DNA of 64,000 bases from an uncultured Rickettsiales bacterium (GTDB taxonomy: Bacteria > Myxococcota_A > UBA796 > UBA9615 > CAYRNR01), in contig CAZOYV010000001.1 in NCBI GenBank assembly GCA_964584075.1, positions 25,701-89,700 on the forward strand. The letters are read 5' to 3'. Position 1 is the first letter of the stretch. The number at the start of each line of letters is the position of its first letter. Made by a program: the position numbers and the translations under genes. Positions 17,275 to 26,096 of this stretch are shown one piece after another. Under the pieces are notes generated by a model, which did no database searches, had not been told where the DNA came from, and worked only from the letters and a program-made list of their open reading frames with translations.

Positions 17275-19021
17275 CGTGGATCACGATCCCCCGTCCCGTG
17301 CGCCCGTCGGCCAGGACCCGCAGCGGCGCCGGCGTGCGCAGGTGGCGCACGTGGGCGGTCTCGGCGACGGCCGGCTGGTCCATCAGCCACGCGAAGTCGA
17401 TCCGGGTGCGGTCCCGCACCGACAGGTACAGCACGTGGAAGGCGATGAGGTTCTGGAAGAAGTGGGACCCCTGGCTGGGGTCGGGCTGCATGTTGGGCAG
17501 GGTCGCCTCGACGATCACCCGCGCGCCCTGGATCTGGCCGTAGTCCACGGGGATCCCGAGCCAGGGGTCGGAGCTGCCCCAGCGGCCGAAGCCGATCAGC
17601 AGGTAGGGCCGCCCGGCGTGCCGCAGCGCCACGTCGAGGCCCTCGATCTCGGCGGCGATCTCGCGGGTCGCGGCCGGGTCGAAGCGGTCGGGGCGGACCA
17701 GCACGACGTCCTCGATGTCCGCGAGCTCGCCGTGCCCCAGCGCGGCGTCGGAGGCCAGCACCACGCCGGGGCCGCGCATCAGCTCGTCGTCGATCTCGAC
17801 CGTCCCGTCGGCCACCGCCATCGGCCGGACCTGCAGGAACCCCAGCCGCGCGGGGAGGCCGCGCTTGGGGTGCAGGTCGGCGGCGAACTCGATCTCGACC
17901 GCGGTGCCGACGACCTCCTCGCAGCGCGCCAGCAGCCGGCGCACGACGTCGTTGAGCGGCACGTCGCGGAACAGCCGCAGCGGGGCGAAGTCGAGGACCC
18001 GCGGGCCCGGGTTGCCGATCCCGGGGACCACCGTGCCCTGGCCCGCGACGAAGGTCGACGCGACGTACTTGAGCACGTCGTCGTACTCCGCCTCGCGCAG
18101 CCCGGGGTGCAGCAGGTACTCGTCCTCGCGCACCGGATCGGGGGTCGGGGGGCGGCCCATGTTCACCGCCCAGAACCGGTTCTGGGTGTTCTTGATCAGG
18201 TCGCGGGGTCCCCCGTAGGGCATCGGCTTCTTGGGGTACGCCGGGGTGTAGGTCCAGCTGATCCCGCCGTCGACGATCGTCTTGCCCAGCCCCAGCGCCA
18301 GGTTGACCACGCCGTCCTCGGGCCTGGCGCGGCCCATCGGGTAGTAGTTGTAGGAGCGCGCGACCCCCGACAGCGTCGGGTAGAACCGGTCGCCGCGGCG
18401 CGTGCCGACCACCTCCTGGAGGATCACGGCCATCTTCTCGTCTCGCGGGTTGCGCCCGACGCGCTCGATGTAGCGCTGCGCGGCGCGGAACCAGGTCGAC
18501 GCCCAGACGAACTTGATCGCCTCCACCAGGCGGCGGAAGCGGGTGTCCGGCTCCGGCTGGTGGTTGGGGATCATCTTGGTCGCGTAGACCCCGGCGAACG
18601 GGTGGTGCAGGTCGTCCTCGAGCAGGCTCGAGGAGCGCACCGCCAGCGGGGTGTGCAGCCGCTGGCCGAGCGTGCGCAGGTCCCCCACCACCAGCGGGGG
18701 GAGCTCGCCGCGCTGGAAGGCGTGGGCGATGCGATCGTCCGGCTCGCCGGAGCGCAGCAGCCGGGACAGATCGTTGTGGGCCACGAACTGGTCGAACAGG
18801 TCGGTGCCCAGCACCGTGGCGGTCGGCACGAACAGCTCGAAGCCACCGCGGGCGGCCTCGTCGAGGGCGGGCAGGATCTCGTCGAGGACCAGCGCCAGGC
18901 TGCTGGCCTTGCCCCCCAGGCCGCCCCCCCCGATGCGCGTCAGCGCGGCCGGCGCGCCGCGGTGGTTGCGGTCGTAGACCGGGACATCGCGACCGCTCAG
19001 ACCCAGCCCCTCTCGCGGCAC
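17267..19021 (-). CDS. Third PPDK_N-domain paralogue (ATP-grasp plus shared C-terminal module); start uncertain
   Basis: GGGLGGKASSL...LAVRSSSLLEDDLHHPFAGVYATKMI...EIEFAADLHPKRGLPARLGFLQVRP...GFGRWGSSDPWLGIPV...SHFFQNL. The N-terminal about 570 aa of track ORF 17267..20395 overlaps gdhA in another frame and is rejected. The GTG at about 19021 is the first plausible in-frame start. The 3' end overlaps the next gene by ATGACTGA. Confidence 0.6.
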   Translation of the reverse strand: MPREGLGLSGRDVPVYDRNHRGAPAALTRIGGGGLGGKASSLALVLDEILPALDEAARGGFELFVPTATVLGTDLFDQFVAHNDLSRLLRSGEPDDRIAHAFQRGELPPLVVGDLRTLGQRLHTPLAVRSSSLLEDDLHHPFAGVYATKMIPNHQPEPDTRFRRLVEAIKFVWASTWFRAAQRYIERVGRNPRDEKMAVILQEVVGTRRGDRFYPTLSGVARSYNYYPMGRARPEDGVVNLALGLGKTIVDGGISWTYTPAYPKKPMPYGGPRDLIKNTQNRFWAVNMGRPPTPDPVREDEYLLHPGLREAEYDDVLKYVASTFVAGQGTVVPGIGNPGPRVLDFAPLRLFRDVPLNDVVRRLLARCEEVVGTAVEIEFAADLHPKRGLPARLGFLQVRPMAVADGTVEIDDELMRGPGVVLASDAALGHGELADIEDVVLVRPDRFDPAATREIAAEIEGLDVALRHAGRPYLLIGFGRWGSSDPWLGIPVDYGQIQGARVIVEATLPNMQPDPSQGSHFFQNLIAFHVLYLSVRDRTRIDFAWLMDQPAVAETAHVRHLRTPAPLRVLADGRTGRGIVIHDD

Positions 19022-20283
19022 GCGGTGGCCACGCGGTTGATCGAGATCACGTAGGCCGCGTCGCGCATGTACAGCTTGCGCTTGCGCGCCAGCTCGCTGA
19101 TCGCCAGGAACGCCGACGTCATCTTGAGGTCCAGCTTGCCGAGGACCTCGTCGATCTCCCAGAAGTAGTTCATGTTCGACTGCACCTGCTCGAAGTAGGA
19201 GCAGGTCACGCCGCCGGCGTTGGCCATGAAGTCCGGGATCACGAAGATCCCGCGCTCGTGGATCACCTTGTCGGCGTTGGGCGTGGTCGGCCCGTTGGCG
19301 CCCTCGGCGATGATCCGCACGCGCGGCCCGATCCGCTCGACGTTGTCGCGGTTGATCTGGTTCTCCAGCGCCGCGGGGATCAGGATGTCGACGTCCTGGT
19401 CGATCCACACGTCGCCGGGCTCCACCGAGTAGCCCAGCTCCCGGGCCTTGTCCTTGTCGATCCCGCCGAAGCGGTCGGTGATCCCGCGCAGCTGCTCGAG
19501 CTCCACGCCGTCCTTGCGGACGAACGCGTAGGAGGTCTGGTCCTCCTGGTCCCAGCTGGAGACGCACACCACCTTGCCGCCGATCTGCTCGTACAGCTCG
19601 ATCGCGTACTGCGCCACGTTGCCGAAGCCCTGCACGCTGGCGGTGGTGTCGCCGGGGCGCAGGTCCAGCTCCTTGAGCGCCTCGCGCAGCGTGTAGACCA
19701 GGCCGTAGCCGGTGGCCTGCGTGCGGCCCAGCGAGCCGCCCATCCCCACCGGCTTGCCGGTGATCAGGCCGGGGTAGCGGCCGCCGTGCAGGGTCTCGTA
19801 CTCGTCGAGCATCCACAGCATGTGCTGGGCGTTGGTCATCACGTCGGGGGCCGGCACGTCGCGCACCGGGCCGATGTCGCGGGCGAGCTGGCGCACGAAC
19901 CCGCGGCAGATCTGCTCCTGCTCGCGCAGCGACAGGTTGTGCGGGTCGCAGATCACGCCGCCCTTGCCGCCGCCGAGCGGGATGTCCACCGCGGCGCACT
20001 TCCAGGTCATCCACATCGACAGCGCGCGGACGGTGTCGACGGTCTCCTGGGGGTGGAACCGGATCCCGCCCTTGCACGGACCGCGGGCGTCGTTGTGCTG
20101 CACACGGAACCCCTGGAACACCTGGACGCTCCCGTCGTCCATTCGCACCGGAATGCGGAAGTGGTACTCCCGCAGCGGGGTCCGCAGCAGCGCGCGGGTC
20201 GCGTCGTCGAGCCCCAGCAGGTCGGCGATCTTGTCGAACTGCTCCTGCGCCATCTCGAAGGGATTGAAGCCTGCCGTTGCCAT
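18997..20283 (-). CDS. gdhA: NAD(P)-dependent glutamate dehydrogenase (Glu/Leu/Phe/Val dehydrogenase family)
   Basis: MATAGFNPFEMAQEQFDKIA...KGGIRFHPQETVDTVRALSMWMTWKCAAVDIPLGGGKGGV...GFGNVAQYA...FVIPDFMANAGGV, the full GDH signature set. Start ATG at about 20283. The track's upstream extension is Arg-rich low complexity. Confidence 0.85.
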   Translation of the reverse strand: MATAGFNPFEMAQEQFDKIADLLGLDDATRALLRTPLREYHFRIPVRMDDGSVQVFQGFRVQHNDARGPCKGGIRFHPQETVDTVRALSMWMTWKCAAVDIPLGGGKGGVICDPHNLSLREQEQICRGFVRQLARDIGPVRDVPAPDVMTNAQHMLWMLDEYETLHGGRYPGLITGKPVGMGGSLGRTQATGYGLVYTLREALKELDLRPGDTTASVQGFGNVAQYAIELYEQIGGKVVCVSSWDQEDQTSYAFVRKDGVELEQLRGITDRFGGIDKDKARELGYSVEPGDVWIDQDVDILIPAALENQINRDNVERIGPRVRIIAEGANGPTTPNADKVIHERGIFVIPDFMANAGGVTCSYFEQVQSNMNYFWEIDEVLGKLDLKMTSAFLAISELARKRKLYMRDAAYVISINRVATACRERGWV

Positions 20284-20413
20284 CGGTCTCGCGCCTCCTG
20301 GCCGCCGGCGTCTTGCCGAGCGGGACCGCAACATTCGCGCGGCTGTTCGGGGATGTCAACACGGGCGTGCCCGCGCGTGCGCTGTGCGACGCCACGGCAC
20401 GGGTCGTGCGCGG

Positions 20414-20887
20414 TCAGGGGGAGGCCGGCTCGGCCGCCGCCGCGGGCCCGAGCTGGCTGGTGCAGTGCGGGCAGCGCAGCGCGTCCTGGTCGATGGTCGA
20501 CTTGCACTGCGGGCAGATCTTGGTGTGCGGGGGCGCGGGGGTGTCGGGGCGGCGCAGCCGGTTCATCCACCGCACGGCGAAGAACAGCACCACGGCGACC
20601 AGCAGGAACGCCACGATCGCGTTGAGGAACGCGCCATAGGCCAGCACCGTCGCGCCGGCCGCACGCGCCTCGGCCAGCGTCGCGAACGGCCCCGCCACGT
20701 CGCCGGTGCCGAGCACGACGAACTTCTCGCCGAAGTCCAGCCCGCCGGTGAGCAGCCCCAGCGGGGGCATGATCACGTCGTCGACCAGGGACTTGACCAC
20801 CGTCGTGAACGCGGCGCCGAGGATGATCCCGACGGCCATGTCCATCACGTTGCCCTTGATCGCGAACTCCTTGAATTCCTTGAGCAT
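20414..20887 (-). CDS. mscL: Large-conductance mechanosensitive channel MscL with an unusual C-terminal CxxC...CxxC zinc-ribbon extension
   Basis: [52 protein letters not shown] is canonical MscL. An extra roughly 30-aa tail reads [22 protein letters not shown]. Confidence 0.8.
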   Translation of the reverse strand: MLKEFKEFAIKGNVMDMAVGIILGAAFTTVVKSLVDDVIMPPLGLLTGGLDFGEKFVVLGTGDVAGPFATLAEARAAGATVLAYGAFLNAIVAFLLVAVVLFFAVRWMNRLRRPDTPAPPHTKICPQCKSTIDQDALRCPHCTSQLGPAAAAEPASP

Positions 20888-21066
20888 CGCAGCCTCCCAC
20901 GCGGGTTCTACGACTGATTCCGGCTGCGGGGAAGACCCGTGCCGATCGACGCGCCGCCTATCGCGCTCCGGGCCGCGAGGACGTACGGTAGGCGTTCCTC
21001 GGCCAAGCCGCTGGCGGACCTGCGGGTGGGATCGCGACCGTGCGCGCCGGGGAGGGGAGGTGTCCC

Positions 21067-21933
21067 ATGAACGAGGTCTGGATCCGCCTCAAGGAGCTGT
21101 TCGCGCCGGCGTCGATCGCCGAGCGGCTGGTGGACCAGTGGCTGCCCGACCTGGTGGTCGCGGCGATCGTGCTGCTGTCGTCCTGGCTGCTGTGGTTCGT
21201 CGTCGGGCGCACGCTGGGGGCGGTGTTCCGCCGCACCCACCTGGACGAGACCGCGCGCTCGTTCCTGCTGGCGGTGCTCCGGTACGCGATCCTGATCGTC
21301 GGGCTGGTCACCGCGCTGAGCCAGCTGGGGGTCAACACCGGGTCGATCCTGGCCAGCCTGGGGGTCGTCGGGCTGACGATCGGCTTCGCCGCGCGGGACA
21401 CGCTGTCCAACGTGATCTCGGGGCTGTTCATCTTCTGGGATCGGCCGTTCGTGATCGGCGACCTGGTCGAGATCGACGACCACTACGGCAAGGTCCAGGA
21501 GATCACGATGCGTTCGACGCGGGTGGTGACGGTGGACGGCCGGATGCTGGCGATCCCGAACAGCAACGTGGTCAACACCACGGTGGCGTCGTACACCAAC
21601 TTCCCGCACCTGCGGATCGAGATCGACATCACGGTCAACGTGGCCGAGGATCTGGATCGCGTGCGCTCGATCCTGCTGGAGCTGGTCGCCGACGACGACC
21701 GCTACATGGCCGAGCCGGCGCCGGAGATGGTGGTGACCGCCCTGAACGACTACAACACCGCGGTCCAGCTGCGGGCCTGGCTCGACAACGAGCGGGAGCA
21801 CGTCGCGGCCCGCCTCGCGCTCCGCGAGCGGGCGTTCCGGGCCCTCACCGCGGCCGGGGTCGACCTGCCGTTCGAGACGCTGCGGCTGGAGCCCCTGACG
21901 GTCCGGCAGTCCGCCCAGGTGGGGAGCGCCTGA
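21067..21933 (+). CDS. Small-conductance mechanosensitive channel (MscS family)
   Basis: ATG at 21067 (MNEVWIRL). Three TM helices followed by ...[62 protein letters not shown], the MscS beta-domain signature. It is divergent from mscL. Confidence 0.8.
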   Translation: MNEVWIRLKELFAPASIAERLVDQWLPDLVVAAIVLLSSWLLWFVVGRTLGAVFRRTHLDETARSFLLAVLRYAILIVGLVTALSQLGVNTGSILASLGVVGLTIGFAARDTLSNVISGLFIFWDRPFVIGDLVEIDDHYGKVQEITMRSTRVVTVDGRMLAIPNSNVVNTTVASYTNFPHLRIEIDITVNVAEDLDRVRSILLELVADDDRYMAEPAPEMVVTALNDYNTAVQLRAWLDNEREHVAARLALRERAFRALTAAGVDLPFETLRLEPLTVRQSAQVGSA

Positions 21934-21937
21934 CCCG

Positions 21938-24226
21938 ATGCCCTCTCCCGCGGCCCCCGAGCAGCGCGGCCACGGCTTCGGCACCGCACCGGTGTTCCTG
22001 GCCGCGATCAGCACGATCCTCGGTGCGATCCTGTTCCTGCGGTTCGGCTACGCCGTCGGCCACGTGGGGATGCTCGGGGCGTTCGCGATCATCCTGATCG
22101 CCCACGCGATCACGATCCCGACGGGGCTGGCGGTGGCGGAGATCGCCACCAACCTCAAGGTCGAGGGCGGCGGCGAGTACTACATCATCAGCCGCTCGTT
22201 CGGGCGCACCGTGGGGGCCGCGATCGGGATCTCGCTGTACCTCTCGCAGGCGGTCTCGGTGGCGTTCTACCTGATCGCGTTCTCCGAGGCGTTCCGGCCC
22301 CTGTTCCCGCTGGTCGAGGAGCACCTCGGGTTCACCCCCGACGTGCGGATGGTGGGCATCCCGGCCGTCGTGCTGCTGTCGGTGCTGATGCTGACCAAGG
22401 GCGCCGACCTGGGCGTGCGCGCGCTGTGGGTCGTGGCCTCGATCCTCGGGGTCTCGCTGCTGCTGTTCTTCCTGGGGTCGCCGACCCAGCCGGGGATCGA
22501 GCTGGACCTCACGGCGCGGACCGCGAACCCGGACCCGTTCTTCACGGTCTTCGCCATCGTGTTCCCGGCATTCACCGGGATGACGGCCGGCGTCGGCCTG
22601 TCGGGGGATCTGCGGAACCCGCGGCGATCGATCCCGCTGGGCACGATGCTGGGCACGCTGGTGGGGATGGCCACCTACATCGCGATCGTGTTCAAGATGA
22701 GCATCAGCGCCACGCCGGACGAGCTGGGCAACGACCCGTTCATCATGAGCAGGATCGCGCTGTGGGCCCCGGCGATCTTCATCGGCCTGGCGGCGGCCAC
22801 CGTCTCCTCGGCGATCGGCTCGATCCTGGTCGCGCCGCGGACCCTGCAGGCGCTGGCCCACGACGGGGTGTTCCCGGTACGGCGCGTCAACCGCCTGCTG
22901 GCCAGCGGCCGCGGCGAGGCCAACGAGCCGTTCGTCGCCACCGTGTTCACCGCGGCGCTGGCGCTGGTGTTCGTGGCGCTGGGCAGCGTCGACGTCGTCG
23001 CCCAGCTGATCTCGATGTTCTTCATGGTCACCTACGGCGCGCTGTGCGCGATCAGCTTCCTGGAGCACTTCGCGGGCAACCCGTCGTACCGGCCGACGTT
23101 CCGCTCCAAGTGGTACCTTTCGCTGATCGGCGCCGTGGCCTGCGGCGTGATGATGTGGCAGATGCAGCCGCTGTACGCCGTGGTGGCGGCGGTGGTGATG
23201 GCCGCCCTGTACCTGTGGATGAAGCGCACCATGAAGGGCGGCCGCGACCTGTCGGACATGGTCCAGGGGGTGCTGTTCCAGCTGACGCGCAAGCTGCAGG
23301 TGATGCTGCAGAAGAACCAGGCGTCGCTGTCGATGACGAGCTGGCGGCCTTCGTTCATCGCCATCTCGGCCCACTCGCTGACCCGGCTGGCGCCGTTCGA
23401 CCTGCTGCGCTGGATCTCCCACTACCACGGGTTCGGGACGTGGATCCACTTCGTCAAGGGGCCGCTGTCCGAGGAGCTCAACGACAAGGCGCGGGGGATC
23501 CTCGACAGGCTGATCCAGCAGATCCAGGCCAGCCGCGCGGCGCTGTACGTCGACACGATCATCTCGCCGAGCTTCATGACCGCGGTGGCCCAGATCGTCC
23601 AGATCCCCGGGATCTCCGGGCTGGACAACAACTCGATCCTGTTCGAGTTCCGCAAGGGCAAGGACGAGGAGATCGCCGACCTGCTGGTGGGTAGCAAGTT
23701 CGCCTCGGTGGCGGGGTTCAACATCTGCGTGCTGCGCAGCGCGGACCACCACTTCGGCTACAAGCGCACGATCCACATCTGGCTGCGCCCCGGCGACTAC
23801 CGCAACGCGTCGTTGATGATCCTGCTGGGCTACATCCTGATCGGCCACAAGGAGTGGAAGGGCGCCACGATCCAGCTCTACGCGGCGTTCACCGAGCGGG
23901 AGCTGGACCGCGGCGTGGCGCGGCTGAACACGCTGATCGGCCAGGGGCGGATCCCGATCTCGATCAACAGCGTGGAGTGGGTCCCGATCCCCGACGGCAC
24001 CGACTTCGACGAGATGGTCACCCGCCGCTCGACCGGCGCCGACCTGGTGATCACCGGCCTGTCGCTGTCCAAGATGCAGGCCGACGGCGGCGCGTTCCTG
24101 ACCGGCTTCGAGGGCATCGCGGACCTGCTGTTCGTGCGGGCAGGCCAGGAGATCCTGATCACCGCCGACGACGAGGAGGCGCCGCCGCCGGCCCCCACGG
24201 AGCCGATCCCGGACCCGCCCGGATAG
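21938..24226 (+). CDS. Cation-chloride cotransporter (SLC12/CCC)-like APC-superfamily transporter with a C-terminal cytoplasmic domain
   Basis: 762 aa. GEYYIISRSFGRTVGAAIGISLYLSQAVSVAFYLIAFSE closely parallels the NKCC/KCC motif GAYYLISRSLGPEFGG.IGL.F..ANAV.VAM. Twelve TM segments plus a roughly 330-aa C-terminal soluble domain, which is the SLC12 architecture. Confidence 0.65.
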   Translation: MPSPAAPEQRGHGFGTAPVFLAAISTILGAILFLRFGYAVGHVGMLGAFAIILIAHAITIPTGLAVAEIATNLKVEGGGEYYIISRSFGRTVGAAIGISLYLSQAVSVAFYLIAFSEAFRPLFPLVEEHLGFTPDVRMVGIPAVVLLSVLMLTKGADLGVRALWVVASILGVSLLLFFLGSPTQPGIELDLTARTANPDPFFTVFAIVFPAFTGMTAGVGLSGDLRNPRRSIPLGTMLGTLVGMATYIAIVFKMSISATPDELGNDPFIMSRIALWAPAIFIGLAAATVSSAIGSILVAPRTLQALAHDGVFPVRRVNRLLASGRGEANEPFVATVFTAALALVFVALGSVDVVAQLISMFFMVTYGALCAISFLEHFAGNPSYRPTFRSKWYLSLIGAVACGVMMWQMQPLYAVVAAVVMAALYLWMKRTMKGGRDLSDMVQGVLFQLTRKLQVMLQKNQASLSMTSWRPSFIAISAHSLTRLAPFDLLRWISHYHGFGTWIHFVKGPLSEELNDKARGILDRLIQQIQASRAALYVDTIISPSFMTAVAQIVQIPGISGLDNNSILFEFRKGKDEEIADLLVGSKFASVAGFNICVLRSADHHFGYKRTIHIWLRPGDYRNASLMILLGYILIGHKEWKGATIQLYAAFTERELDRGVARLNTLIGQGRIPISINSVEWVPIPDGTDFDEMVTRRSTGADLVITGLSLSKMQADGGAFLTGFEGIADLLFVRAGQEILITADDEEAPPPAPTEPIPDPPG

Positions 24227-24259
24227 CGGCCGGTCGCCGGGATCGCCCCCTCCCGGCGC

Positions 24260-24826
24260 TCACCCCCGTGGCAGATCCGGCTCCTCCAGCGGCACCGGGC
24301 AGATGTCGTGGCGCTGGCAGGTCGCGCAGCGCTCCCCGGACCACAGCGCGTCGTACTGCTCGAGGACCGCGTCGACCAGCGCGGGCGAGCGCGACCACAC
24401 CCCCCATTCGAAGTTGCGGCGGTGGCGCCCCTTGGCCCCCAGGCCGGCGCCGGTGAGGTTGGCGGAGCCCAGGTACAGGCGCTCCGCGTCGACCACCACC
24501 GCCTTGGCGTGCAGCCGCGGGCAGCGACGGATCACCAGCTGCGAGGGCAGCTCGCGGCGCAGCTCCTCCAGCGCCGCGCTGCTGGGCACCGAGGCGTGCA
24601 GCACGCGGACCTCGACGCCCCGCCCGGCGAGCTCGATCAGGTGCGGGATCACGGAGCGCGCCCGGCGACCGCCGGTGGGGACCCGCATCGCCTTGAAGTT
24701 GGCGGTGGCGATGGCCAGCGAGGCCGTCGCCTCGAGGATCCCGTCGAGCACGACCCGCTGCAGGTGCTCGTCGTCGACGACGAGCTGCGCGAAGCCGGAC
24801 GCTGCAGCCGGCGAGCGGGAGGTCAT
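24260..24826 (-). CDS. PLD-superfamily (single HKD motif, Nuc-like) protein
   Basis: HAKAVVVDAERLYLGSANLT equals HxKxxxxD(x6)GSxN. The track ORF starts at a TTG inside the repeat. The real ATG at about 24826 overlaps the upstream stop (ATGA) and sits 4 nt downstream of repeat copy 3. Confidence 0.6.
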   Translation of the reverse strand: MTSRSPAAASGFAQLVVDDEHLQRVVLDGILEATASLAIATANFKAMRVPTGGRRARSVIPHLIELAGRGVEVRVLHASVPSSAALEELRRELPSQLVIRRCPRLHAKAVVVDAERLYLGSANLTGAGLGAKGRHRRNFEWGVWSRSPALVDAVLEQYDALWSGERCATCQRHDICPVPLEEPDLPRG

Positions 24827-24830
24827 CGTT

Positions 24831-24859
24831 CGCAACTATACAACACGCGACTTGACCCC
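24831..24859 (-). repeat. Copy 3 (inverted) of the 29-nt element, ending 4 nt upstream of the ATG of the PLD-like gene
   Basis: The reverse complement of cgcaactatacaacacgcgacttgacccc equals GGGGTCAAGTCGCGTGTTGTATAGTTGCG. It is followed by aacgATG. Confidence 0.8.
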
Positions 24860-24887
24860 AACCCCCAAACCCAGCCGCCCGTTCTCG

Positions 24888-26096
24888 TCACCTCGAGCGA
24901 TCGTGGCCCCGGGGGAGGTACAGGCGCCGCCGGGTGAGGTAGCGGGGGCCGGCGTGCAGCGAGATCCCCGCCAGCATCTGCGCGGCGCGTATCGACTGGC
25001 GGTGGGGCAGGGGCTCGCCCAGCGCGGCGTGGAGGTACTCGAGGGTGTGGTTCACCGGCTTGCGGTAGCGACCGAGCAGCCGGGCCCCGGAGAGGGTCAG
25101 CAGGCACCCGGTGCAGTAGGTCACGACCTCGTCGCCGGGGGCGCGGTCGAGGGCCCGCGCGGCGCGCATCGAGGTCCGCGCCAGGTCCCGGAAGCTGTAG
25201 CGGTTGGCGCCGGCGGCGATCCCGCAGCACAGGCCGTGCTCCCGGCCCGGCTCGGTCTCGTGGACGGTCAGCCCGCAGCGCCGCAGCAGCGCCCGCTGGC
25301 GGTCCATGAACCCGGCGCCGAGCACCCGGCCGTGACACGAGTCGTGGACCACGACGCTGCCGGTCAGGGGGTGATCGAGCCGCAGCGCCCCGCGGTCGAG
25401 GCGCCGCTGCAGCCAGCGGTCGAAGGACGTGACGCGGAAGTCGAAGCGCGCGCCGAACTGCTCGGGCAGGATGTGGCGGAACATGTTGAAGCAGGCGGGG
25501 CAGGCGAACACCAGCTCGTCGAGCCCGCGGCCGGCGTAGAACCGCACCAGCCGCTCGGCGATCTGCGCCACGGTGTCCAGCGCGCCCATCCGGTAGTACA
25601 TCTCGCCACAGCAGGTGTCCCAGCTGCCCCACACGGGGAGCCCGGCGAACAGCCGGCCGCTGGCCAGCTGGGGCAGGGCGCACAGGTTGCACCCGGGGAA
25701 CAGCGCCGTCGCCGCCGGGGGCTCGGGCGTGTCCCACTGGCGCAGCAGGGCCCGCTCCTGCCGGCTGTAGCGCAGGCTCTTGCGGAAGTTGGGATCGCTC
25801 AGCGGCAGCAGGTACGACGCCCGGCTCGGGACGCCCTGCTGCTCGAGGCGGTAGTGCCACAGGTAGTGGATCCGCTCGTAGGGGTGGGCGTCGTGGGGGC
25901 AGAACGCGTTGCACGCGAAGCAGCTGATGCAGCGGCGCAGGACCTCGGTGTCGGTCGCGCGGCCGCGGTTGATCCTGCCGATCTCCGCGATCGCCTGGTC
26001 GCGGTCGAGATCCAGGTAGCGGCACTGCACGAGGCACTCGCCGCACTCGACGCAGCGGTCCCAGTGGAGCGCCTCGCGGAGCTGCTCGGGGATCAT
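24888..26096 (-). CDS. Fe-S oxidoreductase: 2x[4Fe-4S] ferredoxin motifs plus two CCG (Cys-rich) domains (HdrD/GlcF/GlpC-like), paralogue A
   Basis: True start MIPEQLREALHWDRCVECGECLVQC. The track ORF 24888..27479 is an upstream read-through overlapping paralogue B. CxxCxxC...CP twice; CCGEMYYRMG and CCGIAAG CCG-domain motifs. Confidence 0.65.
   Translation of the reverse strand: MIPEQLREALHWDRCVECGECLVQCRYLDLDRDQAIAEIGRINRGRATDTEVLRRCISCFACNAFCPHDAHPYERIHYLWHYRLEQQGVPSRASYLLPLSDPNFRKSLRYSRQERALLRQWDTPEPPAATALFPGCNLCALPQLASGRLFAGLPVWGSWDTCCGEMYYRMGALDTVAQIAERLVRFYAGRGLDELVFACPACFNMFRHILPEQFGARFDFRVTSFDRWLQRRLDRGALRLDHPLTGSVVVHDSCHGRVLGAGFMDRQRALLRRCGLTVHETEPGREHGLCCGIAAGANRYSFRDLARTSMRAARALDRAPGDEVVTYCTGCLLTLSGARLLGRYRKPVNHTLEYLHAALGEPLPHRQSIRAAQMLAGISLHAGPRYLTRRRLYLPRGHDRSR

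Noticed and set aside
11213-17448. Very long overlapping ORFs (1940 aa minus strand 11213..17035; 1722 aa plus strand 12280..17448) across the PPDK_N genes
   Set aside because: These are GC-driven artefacts. They are Arg/Pro/Gly-rich with no motifs, and they overlap genes that carry clear PPDK_N, GAF and NTase signatures on the other frame or strand.
19022-20395. N-terminal about 460 aa of track ORF 17267..20395
   Set aside because: It overlaps the unmistakable gdhA gene in a different frame, and its Arg/Ala/Gly/Pro composition is artefactual. The PPDK_N gene is taken to start at about 19021.
5259-24859. The 29-nt triple repeat considered as MITE/IS ends or an attC-type site
   Set aside because: No terminal inverted-repeat partner or target-site duplication is evident. 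No transposase or integrase lies in the window. Two copies sit at fixed distance from ATG codons, which favours a promoter or operator role. It is kept as a finding, not called a mobile element.
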